A DNA stretch of 64,000 bases from Eledone cirrhosa. Taxonomy: Eukaryota. The stretch is from contig OZ024741.1 in the NCBI GenBank assembly GCA_964016885.1, positions 154,070,001 through 154,134,000 on the forward strand. The letters run 5' to 3'. A model generated the notes under the pieces. It worked only from the letters and a program-made list of their open reading frames with translations. It had not been told where the DNA came from and did not search any database. Of this stretch, positions 1-11,921 are shown piece after piece. Numbering within the stretch: position 1 is the stretch's first letter; the number at the start of each line of letters is the position of its first letter. Position numbers and translations under genes: made by a program.

Positions 1-69
1 AATTGTTTTTTCTACTATCTAAATTCCTTCAACCATCATGCTTCATGTTCTCTCTTGTTTATTCATTGT

Positions 70-216
<147 letters not shown>

Positions 217-539
217 CCATGCACACGCATACACAAACAGATAATTGATGGGTTGATAGTGTTGTTTACTCCCAGATCAGATCTCATTAGGCAAACCTAT
301 GGTCAAAAGCATTTCAGTTGTGACCATCTTATATTTTTCAGATACAGTGTATCAAGGATTATACCAACTGTGTTCTTCCTTTTTTAAAACAGTTGTGATG
401 TGAATGATAGTTCATTCATTGGCTATTACAGATAGTTCATTAATGTATCAGCATATAGAATATAAGAGTGCTCAATGCATGCTCATGCTCAATACATGTA
501 AATTGTGGAAACATTTGGATGTGAATGCCATAAGTGATG

Positions 540-686
540 GGAAGACAACCTGTCTAGGAGAGCAGTCACTCTGACTAGATTAGACTACACAAGGTCGATG
601 TGGATCCTGTAAGCTCTGTGGAAGACAACCTGTCTAGGAGAGCAGTCACTCTGAATAGGTAAGACTACACAGGGTAGACTTGAACC

Positions 687-690
<4 letters not shown>
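540..690 (+). repeat. 79-bp tandem duplication, with a third partial copy at ~1098-1135
   Basis: GGAAGACAACCTGTCTAGGAGAGCAGTCACTCTGA at ~540 and ~619; TGTCTAGGAGAGCAGTCACTCTGAAT again at ~1110. Confidence 0.8.
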
Positions 691-721
<31 letters not shown>

Positions 722-1484
722 TCATGGCCACCTAATACCCTCAGCATCTGATGGTTGTGACATTTGTGTGTGTGTGTAGAAAAAATTTGATGACCCCCAT
801 GTAAGCGATATCAAATACTTTTTATTGGAAATATTGTTCTGATAGCAATCTCTTGTCTCTAAAGTTGCAAACAATTTGTTAAATGCAGCCCTGGGTAAAG
901 TGAGTAGAGGAAAGAACGCCAGACAAATTTTCACACTTACAGGCGTGTTTCACTTGCATGGGCAGAATGACACTTACAGCCGCCTTTGTTCCTCCCAACA
1001 CCCCCTTTTCTCTACTGCGCCCACTTAGGCACCAGCACCCCTCTGCACCTTCTCAACGTGGTAGTGCCCACTTTGAGAACCTCTGCTGTAAACTATGTGG
1101 AAGTCAATCTGTCTAGGAGAGCAGTCACTCTGAATGAAAAGTAATACAGAGTAAAGAGGACCACTAAGTCTTGTCAGACAACCTTTCTTGTGCTGGTAGC
1201 ATGACAAAAATGTACCTAGTCCATGGTTGTTGGTGATGGCAAGGGTATCCATCCAGAAAAACACTGCCAAAAATTATGAAATTAAAATTCTTTTCATCTC
1301 ATGAAAAAATATTATTATGTGAAATGTATGAGAAAATCGTTTTCTCATTTTCCGCTGTTAAACCCAGTTTCCCTTCTCATTAGATGTGCGTGGGTGTATG
1401 TGTGTGACCTGGCAATTGATTGCTCCTTCATAAAAGGGCAGATTTTAACCATTCACCATTCATACATACTCACATATACATACA

Positions 1485-2017
1485 TACATGATGGCTGCCC
1501 CCTCGTTATCGAGTATGGCTATTGCACGATATACCATTATTAATAATTATTAATTAATTCTATCGTGTAATGCCTGTGCGTGAAGATATTTTTTAAAGTG
1601 AAGAAAGACTGCACTGAGCCAATCCCACTCTCTGAGCGACAGTATCTATAACCCGAAAAGAAGAAAAGATCAACATCATCGGTAACTACTGAGCCGCAGG
1701 TTTTATATCAGAGTTATCCAAGTTTCCTGAGTTGCCTTCTCCTAGAAGAATGCCCTGACAAGGGCTAGGTTTAACTCCCAGTGGTTTAACCGTGCGGTAC
1801 ATGTGTATATACATATTTACACACTTTTGGATGGTCGCTGACTCTGGTGAGTTCTTCCGCCCTTTGTCAGGTTTTGTTTTTTGTCGTTCAGGGTGTCCAA
1901 AATCACTCTCCTCACCAAATAAACTTGGTGGGGTTGCCGGTTTAGTAGCCAACGACCCGACCATGCGACAGGTTGTACTGGGTTACATGTTACCAGTAAC
2001 ACTCAAGTATGACCCAA
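1485..2017 (-). mobile_element. Non-autonomous RTE-derived (bipartite 5'UTR + 3' end) retroposon, subfamily A
   Basis: Near-identical copy on + at ~7661-8282. Contains CTAGGAGAAGGCAACTC...ATATAAAACCTGC (RTE/RTEX 5'UTR-like) and a 3' hairpin GCCATACTCG..CGAG followed by a (TATG)n tail. Confidence 0.6.
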
Positions 2018-2035
2018 CATATACATACATACATA

Positions 2036-2590
2036 CATGGTGGCTGCCAACTCGTTTTCGAGTATGGCCACTACTTTATATCCATGTAGGAGAACCCCTA
2101 CCGATGCGCTGAACGAGTGTGAATTTTTAGTCCAGCCAGTGACTTGAAAACTCTGGTACAAACACTACACTTGTGACAATTATTGACATATAGTGCTGGG
2201 CCCATGGTACCATGTGACGACAAGTGCAAAGAGATCTCCAGATATAAAGCAATGCCTGTGCCGTGAAGCTTTTATAGTGAGCACTGCACAAAGCCAGTCC
2301 CACTCTCCTAACCAAGATGATATTTACCAAAAAGAAGAACAAGTCAACATCATTGGATACCATCAGGGTTGCAGGTGTTATATCAGAGTTTTCCTTCTCC
2401 TAGAATTCTGCCTTGACAAAGGCTAAGGGGTCATCTCTCCCAGTGATTTTGGATGGCCATTGACTCTTATGAGCTCCTTTGCCCTTTGACAGGTTTTGTT
2501 TTTAGTCCTGCAGGATGTCCAAAGTCACCCTCCTCACCAAGAAACCTTGGTGGGGTTGCCAGTTTAGTCGCCAACGACCCAACCATGAGT
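2036..2590 (-). mobile_element. Non-autonomous RTE-derived retroposon, subfamily B
   Basis: Almost identical to 37510-38102. 3' hairpin GCCATACTCG-AAAA-CGAGTTGGC plus (TATG)n tail. Confidence 0.65.
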
Positions 2591-2616
2591 CATATATACA
2601 TGCATATATACATACA

Positions 2617-2650
<34 letters not shown>

Positions 2651-2999
2651 CATTGAGAATTCCAAAAATTCTGCATCTAATAACTGCATTACACATGTAT
2701 AGGTACAAATCATATGCACATACACACATATAACTTAAAACATCCACATCCATGCATACAATAACATCCATACCTGCACACTCATGCATGCATGCAGACA
2801 TGCAGACATATCTACCTAGTTGATGTTTAAATTCCAATGAAAGAATCTTGTGTCTATGTTAGGAACCAACTCTCTCTCTCTATTAGTAAAAATGTATAAA
2901 ATTATGAAACCAGAAGAACATACATACATACAGGAACATGACTGTAGTGTGGTTGGACTACCAGAAGGCTTTTGATATATATAGATTATCAAGGCTTTA

Positions 3000-4470
3000 C
3001 AATTAGTCAAAATTCAATAACCAGTAGCAGCTCCTTTTGAATGTCTAGCTGAGACTTGGTGTACTATTTTGCTCCTTGAGGTTGATAAGGAGCAAATTGC
3101 ATCTGATAGCATTCATTACGAAAAAGATATCATTCAGTGTGATAGCTTCTCAGTGCTTCTCTTTGTCCTCTCATTAAACCCACTATCATACCTGCTCACA
3201 AAACAGGATATAAATGGATCCAGAAGTTGATGACATGAAATTGTATGGGCCAAATATCAACCACATAAAAATTCAATTGTACCTCATTATACAATTTGCT
3301 ACAGACATTGGAATGAAATCTGGTGAGTTCAAATGTGTATTTTTGACAATAAAATGTGGACAAGTTGTGCTCTCTTCTGAAAACTTAAATATGAATAGCT
3401 TGACGATACAACCTCTATAGGTATCTTGGACAGAATGAGAATGTCAGATATAATGAGCCTATATACAAGGAAAGGACCAGGAATTAATACCTTAGGAGAG
3501 TAAAGAGAATATGGTCGTCAGAACTCTCAACGTACAACAAGCACATTGCACATAATACTATTGCTGTGCCCATCCTAACGCCAACATTTGGCCCTGTTGA
3601 ACTGAGTGAGATGGATATAAGGACTTGCAAGCTGCTCAGTGTTACTGGAAACTTTAGCATCAATAATGATGTGGATAGGCTATATTTATCAAGCAAGGAG
3701 CGTGGCTGAGGCCTAAAATCCATATCAACATCATACGAAACCCAGATGATAACACTGAAGCAACATCTTCAACAAAAGAAAACAATAAGGATATTGTTAG
3801 GTTACCCACTGATATAGAGGAGAAACATGAAATAAAAACTGATACAAATCTCTCAATGCTCTACTGAATGCTCAAACAAAATTAAAAACATGGACAAATG
3901 CACTGAGAAAGTTGTACATAAGTACTTGAGATGAAAAACACAGACCTTTGAAAAGATAAGCCATACTAAAAGCCTGACATGGAGTTTCGACAAGTATATA
4001 ATATCCAAACCTTGAAGGATCCCTCCATGCAATCCAAAAACAAGAAATCTCCACCAAGTACCTACTGCACAAAGGAGGAAGGTCATCTGTTTACAATAAA
4101 TGTAGACTGTGCAAAACAAAGATTGAAGATGTTAGCCACATTATTGGCCACAGTGAAAGAATGTCTTCTCGTTACTACCTCCCCATGAGGCCTGTTGTGA
4201 TAGCTAGAATGATCTGGAATGCATTATGGAAGATGAAAATCAAATCAAATAGGGAGGAATATGTTGAGATTGATGGCTCAAATGGAACCTAAAAATAAAA
4301 AAAAACTGCCAATAAATTAAATTACAACTGGCCTCATATTATTGTTTGGCACCACACGTTAAAAAAATGATCTGTTGTAGAAGTCAGCTTCCCACTTGAT
4401 GTCAATGTGATAAAAAAAAGGCAAGAGAAGTAGGATATCTGAGGACTAAAGTATAACTGAACTTGTATTT
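3000..4470 (+). pseudogene. Decayed R4/Dong-like (restriction-like endonuclease) non-LTR retrotransposon, RT and C-terminal part
   Basis: Broken motifs across frames: CDSFSVLLFVLSLNPLSYLL, FATDIGMKSGEFKC, YNKHIAHNTIAVPILTPTFG, DVDRLYLSSKERG, WPHIIVW...VVEVSFP; many stops and frameshifts. Confidence 0.65.
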
Positions 4471-4715
4471 GTGGAGAAAGAATGTAGCTCCTTAATTCAT
4501 AAGCTACATGATTCAAAGGATGAATGCTTACACAAGAGGTTTCGGCAATTTCATTTTATTTAGAATCTTGCCACCAGGAAGGTGGCCAATCAAAAATAAA
4601 CTCAACATTAAGATTAAGAGAGACCATACAGACATATATTCATGTCAAAGGAAACTTGCGTATACATAAATATTCTAAAGAATCAAATTTAAACACTAAT
4701 TATTATGAATGCTGA

Positions 4716-5040
4716 TTGCTTCACTTGCCATAGCAAGCTGAGCCTAATAATCAAGCTGATCTCAGCTTGAATCAATATCCATTTAATACTGGAGCAATCT
4801 GGATTGTCCAGGGTTGATGGGAAGAGGCCACATGGTCTTACCCTTTGCCCCTGGGTAGGAGGTAGATGTCTCATTTGTTATGCCACAGTTAGTGACTCTT
4901 TTGCTGGGCTACAGTCAATGAGATTCTTGCCATTGCTGGTGGCTTGTCTTACTAACATATCACATCATATTCCTGGTGAGGGTGCTTGCTTATTCCAGCA
5001 TCTTAGGCTCACCATCACTCATAGCAGCGCCTTGGCTTCC
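4716..5040 (+). pseudogene. Fragment of a CRE-like non-LTR retrotransposon endonuclease
   Basis: SRVDGKRPHGLTLCPWVGGRCLICYATVSDSFA resembles the RPDGxTLxPWxxGxxLxWDxTxxDTxA motif of CRE-clade REL endonucleases, with catalytic Asp residues mutated. Confidence 0.55.
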
Positions 5041-5161
5041 CTAAAAAATTATTAGAGAGAAACTCCCAAACCCTTTATTTCAGAATATGATTGAGTGTCT
5101 GTCTTCTACTTTTTTTATCATCATAATCCATTAATTATTAACTCTTGTATATTTCTTCTAG

Positions 5162-5525
5162 GCTCTGATTTTGGACAAGAGAGAGTGCGGCACATGCTCA
5201 GTTCAATATGAAAGAGAAAGCTATCAAATAAAATCCAATGACAAGAACAGTGGTGTCAGTCATTATCCAGAAAACACTCATTGGATCCCCATTACTGTTC
5301 ACCTAAAGTTATTTCAATATGGCTACTTTGAATTCCGTATTTGCTCCTTGAGTAACACCAGCACAGTGGTAGATACTGAATGTTTAAAGAGCAACAAATT
5401 GAAAATAAAAGAGACAGGGAATACTCAATATTATCCAAAGTCTAAAGGCTGGCACCACATCAACTTGTTGCTGTCCCAGGAAATCAAGTGCAGCCAATGT
5501 GTTCTTCAATGGAAATATCAAACTA
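5162..5525 (+). CDS. Internal exon of an AA15-type LPMO-like (chitin-binding type-4 fold) protein
   Basis: Acceptor tttcttctAG (5160-61), donor GTgagg (5526). Translates ALILDKRECGTC...LKLFQYGYFEFRIC...CSQCVLQWKYQT, matching AA15 motifs CGxCGD, GYFEFRLC and CxQCVLQWxY. Ends in phase 1. The signal peptide/His1 exon was not found in the window. Confidence 0.85.
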
Positions 5526-5762
5526 GTGAGGAAATTAATTTTCTTTTCTAATTCCATGCTGTTATTCAATTATATGTGTATGTGTATACACACACACATA
5601 ATGTATATATATCATTTTTATACAGTTTCTTTCTTTTCTTACTCTCATCTATCTCTCTATTTCTTTTTCTCTCATTCTATCTTCAAATGAAAGACTAATG
5701 AACAAAATATTATGAATCATTTCCTACTATATCAATCGTTAAACAAATATATATCATCATTG

Positions 5763-5814
<52 letters not shown>

Positions 5815-5817
<3 letters not shown>

Positions 5818-6985
5818 TCATCATCATCATCATCATCATCATTATCGCTTAACATCTATCTTCCACACTAGCATGGGTTAGACGGGAATTGTCCCACTTG
5901 AGGCAAGATTGATCGGGTGACCGTGTCTTGCTCGTATAGGACTGTATCTGGCAGGTTTTCTACGGCTGGATTCCCTTCCTAACACCAACGACATTTACAG
6001 TGTGGACTGGAAGCCTTTTTACTGTGTCTCCTACATGACCACTTTACAGCGTGGACTGGGTGCTTTTTGTCGGGACACCTAGACGACCACTGTAGTGTGG
6101 ACTGGGTGCTTTAGTGTAGTACCAACATAACTTTACAGATAAAGGGTGGTGTGGGTGGGAGTGGGAGGATGGAGTAGGAGTGTATATTTGGTTAAGAGGT
6201 GCATACTGACTGTAAGTTTAACTTTGTACGTAAGGGAAGGTAGGTCTTCGGTATTACTGCGTAGCACCAAAGGTCTCGATTCAGTGACATTGTCTTGGAG
6301 AGGTGTAAGTGTGCAAGGTCAGATTTTATCATGTCGTCCCAGTTTTTCTGGGTCTACCTACTCCATAGCTTCCATCAATTTTGATCGCCCTGCATTTCTT
6401 TATACAGCTGTCGTCTTTCATGAGCTTCACATGACCATACCAATGTAATCTCCTCTCATGTAAACTGCATCTGATCCCTTTTATTCCTCATTGAGTTCGT
6501 TTATGTTTTGCCATTCGTGTATATTACTATTACACACCCAACAGAACATGCATGCTTCATTCCTTTCCAATCTGTGCAGGTCCTCTGCACAGAATGCCCA
6601 TGTCTCACTGCTATGAAACATTGCTGTTTGTATACAAACACCATACAATCTGACTTTCATTTCCATCCCATTCTAACTCTGGCTACTGTACTTTCAGAGC
6701 ACCTTCCACCACTGCTGATTTTGTCACCCAGGTAATGGAAAGTGTCTACTATTTCTATAGAACCATCTGGGCAGTAGAAGGAGCTAGTATCTTGTGGGCA
6801 CTTGCTACTTATTGCACCTGAACATCGGCCACATATAAAATCTACATTCTTAGATAGCTTGCCTGTGATCTCACTACATCTTTTATGTACCCATAGTTTG
6901 CATATGGGACATAGAATGGAATTTCTGCCTACTCCTTTCCTACACACTGAGCATGGCCATTTCCCAGAGGGCACCTGTGCCCTAT
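5815..6985 (-). mobile_element. RTE-type LINE 3' fragment plus SINE tail ending in (GAT)n
   Basis: ORF pieces GKWPCSVCRKGVGRNSILC...FHYLGDKISSGGRCSE and RLYGVCIQTAMFHSSETW (RTE C-terminus); tail AACCCATGCTAGTGTGGAAG...GATGATGAT. Confidence 0.75.
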
Positions 6986-7660
6986 TTTGCTTTATATATA
7001 TACATACATACAGAATCGGAGACGAAATCATATACTAAGCATATCTGATGATCTCTCGATTACAGAGTCAGGTTCGTTACATTCTGTATATATGTATATA
7101 TACTAAAACTTAACATACTGTAATTATTTAGTAGAAAATACATAAAAATCAGTTTGCTAATTCAAATTTTTATACTATCTTTACAAGTTAGCTGATTGTT
7201 GTGAAAATTTGCTTTAATAGAGTAAAGACGTTGACTGTTAATATTCTGTAATGATTTAGCAGAAAATACATTAAAATAAAGTTTTTAATTCAAATGATTT
7301 TAATAACCATCACAACAATTTAGTTTTTATATATTTACAAAGAAAATATATAAATAAATGTTGCTTTACTTGAAAAGAAAAATACAAACATCCACACATA
7401 AAAATGAAATGTAATTTACAGCAGATTTAATTGACCTCATATGAGGTTGCATCTCATGGGAGGTTTCTTGGATGTTTTAATGATAGGCACTTCAGCCCTA
7501 TCATGAAGGGCCACTTGAAATGGAGTGCCATGCTGAGGAGCTCAACACACTCCCTGGCCCAGGAATTGGACCCATTACCTTGTGATTGTGAGTTCAACAT
7601 GTTAATCACTGGGCCACATGCCTTCAATGCACACGTATGTGTGTATGTATGTATGTATGT

Positions 7661-8282
7661 CGGGTCACTCTTGAGTGCTACTGGTAACATGTAACTCAGT
7701 ATAACCTGTCGCATGGCAGGTCGTGAGTGACTAAACCGGCAATCCCACCAAATTTACTTGGGGAGGAGGGTGATTTTGAACACCCTGCAGGACAAAAAAC
7801 AAAACCTGACAAAGGGCGGAAGAACTCATAAGAGTAAATGGCCATCCAAATATGTGTAAATATGTGTATACATATGTATATATGTGTATATGTATATATA
7901 TGTATATGCATGTATACATATGTGTATATATGCATGGGGACATAGAAATAATCGGGCTGGAAACCCGATCACGCAGTTAAACCACTGGGAGTGAAGGACC
8001 CCTAGCCTTTGTCAGGGCATTCTTCTAGGAGAAGGCAACTCAGGAACTGGGATAACTCCGATATAAAACCTGCGGCTCAGTAGTTACCGATGATGTTGAT
8101 CTTTTCTTCTTTTCGGGTTATAGCTATTGTCGCTCAGAGAGTGGGATTGGCTCAGTGCACAGTCTTTCCTCACTTTAAAAAAAATCTTCACACACAGGCA
8201 TTGCACGATAGCATTAATTGATAATTATTAATAATGTTATATCATGCAATGGCCATACTTGATAACAAGGAGGCAGTCATCG
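7661..8282 (+). mobile_element. Non-autonomous RTE-derived retroposon, subfamily A (interrupted by a TA/TG microsatellite)
   Basis: Reverse-complement match to 1485-2017. Confidence 0.65.
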
Positions 8283-9173
8283 TGTTTGTATGTGCAGAGA
8301 CATAGAAATACTCAGTTTGGTATTCAAGTACGCAGTTAACACACCGAGAGAGAGACCCCCAATTCTTGTTAGAACATCATTCTAGGAGAAAGAAAGCTTT
8401 GATGTAAAATCTGCAACTCGATGGCAGACAATGACGTTGACCTGATCCTCTTTTTGGATACCTGTCACCATTGTTCAGAGAGTGGGATTGTTTCAGTGCA
8501 AGGCCTTTCTTCACTTAAAAAAACTTCAATCACAAGCATCACTTGATTTAAACGACTTTCACATGTGTTGCGTGAGCATGGCCTTTCCTTTTTCCTTTTG
8601 CTGCAACATATGCAGAAAGGAATCTAAGTCCTTGGCAGGGCTAAAATGCCATATTCGTACCACCCATATATGAGTAAAAGGTTAAGCAATGCAGCCATTA
8701 TCATTATTATGTTTGTATTCATGAATGTATATATGTGTGTATGCACACACATATACATATATGTGTCATCATCATCATCATCATCACCGTTTTACGTCCG
8801 TTCTTCCACGCTAGCATGGGTTAGACGGGTTGTCCTGTTGTGGGCAGTGTCTGGTCGGCTGACCATGCCTTGCTCATACAGGAACTGATCTGGCTTGATT
8901 TCTACAGCTGGATGCCCTTCCTAACACCAACCTCATTTACAGTGAGTGCTGGGTGCTTTTTCGTGGCGCCAACACGTCCACTTTACAGTGTGGGCTGGGT
9001 GCTTTTTTGCCGTGGCACCTCCACGACCACCTTGCGGTGGGGGGGGGGGGGGCATATTGTTTATATGCTTCAGCATGTACCCATGGGAGGTCGGGTACCC
9101 TGTATTACTGCGTGACGCCAGAAGTCACGGTCGTGTGTCATTGACTTTGAGAGGTGTAGTTGTATATATGTAT

Positions 9174-9362
9174 ATATAAAGGATGATGTGCTCATGTGCA
9201 GAGATGTTATAAAATAGCTTATAAAATAGGGTGTAGACCCTTAAAAGAGGGAAAAAGAAGTTGCCATCGGTTGCTATGAGGAATTGAACTCCTTATCTCC
9301 CAGATAACAGCTATCACCCTATTTTATAACATCTCTGTGTATGAGCACATCATCCTTTATAT
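9174..9362. repeat. Fold-back inverted repeat (~45-bp arms) around a tRNA B-box-like fragment
   Basis: ATATAAAGGATGATGTGCTCAT..AGAGATGTTATAAAATAG pairs with CTATTTTATAACATCTCT..ATGAGCACATCATCCTTTATAT; the loop has GGAGTTCAATTCCTC on the minus strand. Confidence 0.8.
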
Positions 9363-9519
9363 GATCTCTAAATTCTTAGTGCTTAAAAGTCCAAGAGATT
9401 GGCAATACATACATACACACACACACACAAAGTATTAAAAAGTAGTTAGACCATTATTCAATAGAGTACTTGATACTTGGAGGAGAGGAGTAGAGTGTGA
9501 CTAGCTGTTTAGCCATCAG

Positions 9520-9561
<42 letters not shown>

Positions 9562-9568
<7 letters not shown>

Positions 9569-9959
9569 AAGAGGTGACTGATATATATATATATATATAT
9601 ATATCAGTCACCTCTTACAATATGCAGGGACATTATGAAACTTAAGTTGCAAGGAAAACAACATTCCCTACATCCTCTATCAAGCACTTAATTTCTCTGT
9701 TATTTACTAACATATATATATATATGCACATTCACACTAGACATCATGTATTAAGTACATTGTTCTTCTGTTAGTAAATAACAGAGAAATTAAGTGCTTG
9801 ATAGAGGATGTAGGGAATGTTGTTTTCCTTGCAACTTAAGTTTCATAATTCTGTGATCTGTCAGTGTTTCAAGCTAGTTTTATATACATTGAATGCCATG
9901 AGAATCTCAGTTTTGGGAATAGGTGCACTGTGTCCCTGCATATTGTAAGAGGTGACTGA
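9562..9959. repeat. Nested inverted repeats in a (TA)n tract
   Basis: 9633-9712 is the reverse complement of 9769-9848; 9604-9632 is the reverse complement of 9931-9959; 9562-9581 is an inverted copy of part of the 9604-9632 arm. Confidence 0.9.
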
Positions 9960-10345
9960 GAGAATTTGCATCAGGAGGGGCATCTGGCTGTGAAACGTTG
10001 TCTCAAACTATCTCGTCCAAATCCATGCCAACATGGAAAAGTGGGCATAAAAATGATGATGATGATATATAGTCTTCTTTCTTACTCTCGTCTGTATTTC
10101 TATTTCTTTTTCTCTCTCTCATTCTATCTTCAAATGAAGGACTAACATCCAAAACATTAAGAGAGTTTTCCTACTGTATCAAGTGTTAAACTGATATATG
10201 TCATCATTGAATTCTATTATTCTCCTGTGTATTTTTCCTAGTTGACTTTTTCCATATATGTATATGAAATATTGATAAGTGTGTACAATGTATAATATAT
10301 CACATCTCTGGAAGTCAGAATTTTGGTTTTTACTTCATATTTCAG

Positions 10346-11493
10346 ATCGTTGTAAAAATGGAAATGAGGGACGTGTTTGTGGCCATCAAATGGTGTTTTA
10401 CAACTGTGCAGATATTGCTTTTGATAAATTAAACCCAAATAACAAAACTCAGGAACAAAACAGGAATTATTTTCAAAATATGGTAAAGAAGCAAATAAGA
10501 AAAAAAAGGAATGCTTTAAGGTTTTCTTCTAAAAGACCACAATTGATTAACACAAGCTTCCATACAGGAAATGATTCTGGTTCCAATGTGGCTGAAAGTT
10601 TTTCTGATACCTTGCTAACATCAGAACATTTGTTACCATCAAATAACAATGGACATGAGGATGAACTGAATAACTTTGAACTTGGTTCCACGTCTGGCAT
10701 GGCACCAATAGTTTTCAGTAACTATGGTTCTGGTGATTCATTTTCAGGTGACCAACAATCAAACATTTTCTCTGTTCAACCATCCGTAACTGGATTAAAA
10801 TCACATAAAGTAAATACAAATCTGTCTTTAACAACAACTCGTAATGGTTCTTTTTCTGGTGTTTTAGTTGAAGAAGAATTACTTCTCATCACCCCCCAAC
10901 CAAGTAATGCTAAATTAAACGAGAAAATCAACAATAAGGTTTTATTGAAAACAAATGATACAAACAAGCAGCTTACAGGAAATATTAATTTAACAATATT
11001 TCCACCAAGAACAATACAAAAATATGAGTCAGGCGCCAATAATTCTGTTCCAGAACTTTTCGATCTTAACATAATGAGAAGAAAAAAAGAGAAGAAAAAT
11101 TGTACTGATGGCAGCACTTGTTTCAAGAAGCATCAATGCATGAAAAAAATTGAATGTAGCAACACTCAGAATGGAACTACACAGTGTGTAACAGTGGAAT
11201 CATGTTCTTTGATAATAGATATTTTTCAGGGAATACCAACTTGTAGAGGGCATCGTGAATCAATCAGATGTAGAGGACGAGGTATCTACCGCTATATGAG
11301 AGGAGTATCATCATGGTGTGAGAATAAGTGTAGGAAACAGGATTGCCAATTATCCATCTGTAACTGTGATTGTCAACGCATTGTTTCATGTAGTGCTGTT
11401 GGCATTTTCAGAATAGTTCCAGGTTCTAAAATTTGGTGTCAGATAAATTGTGCTCATAACTATTGCCCCACAACACACTGTGGATGCCAATAG
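10346..11493 (+). CDS. Terminal exon of the AA15 LPMO-like gene: end of catalytic domain, S/N/T-rich linker, Cys-rich cluster and two 6-Cys modules
   Basis: Acceptor atttcAG (10344-45), phase 1 matches the previous exon. CGHQMVFYNCADI matches the AA15 CGPQExFxxCADI motif. Two CxxxGxY/FxxxxGxxxWCxxxCxxxxCxxxxCxC repeats; stop TAG at 11491-93. Confidence 0.88.
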
Positions 11494-11781
11494 TGTACCT
11501 GCAATGTGCTCAGCAAATTTTTAATCTTATGTGCTCTCTAATGTTTTCCTTGTGTGAAAATTAAATATACACTGAATTGTTGAACTAAAAATGTCTAAAT
11601 AGTTTTAGTATGTAACTCACAGCCTCGAAATATTGGCTGTTTTTATAAAATCTAGATATGATTGCATTCTGTGTGCCATTTCCTTTTAAAATGGTGTGCA
11701 GTTATGGACCATGTCCATGTTTCAAACAAACTTATGAAATATTTTTATGCATAGTTAAATTTGCTTTATGTCCTAATTGGT

Positions 11782-11787
11782 AATAAA
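11782..11787 (+). terminator. Candidate polyadenylation signal of the LPMO-like gene
   Basis: AATAAA ~290 nt after the stop codon; AT-rich context makes a chance match possible. Confidence 0.4.
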
Positions 11788-11869
11788 GAGAATAACAATA
11801 TTTTTCACATTTGTTTAAATTTTCAAAGTAATGTTTATAAACAGCTGTTATACCTAATATACGCACAAC

Positions 11870-11921
<52 letters not shown>

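Noticed and set aside
4524-4715. Possible first exon of the LPMO-like gene
   Set aside because: No signal peptide followed by an HGxLxxP-type start and no convincing donor; it lies between LINE relics.
10279-10345. N-terminal extension of the 404-aa ORF
   Set aside because: It lies upstream of the splice acceptor at 10345 and is intronic read-through.
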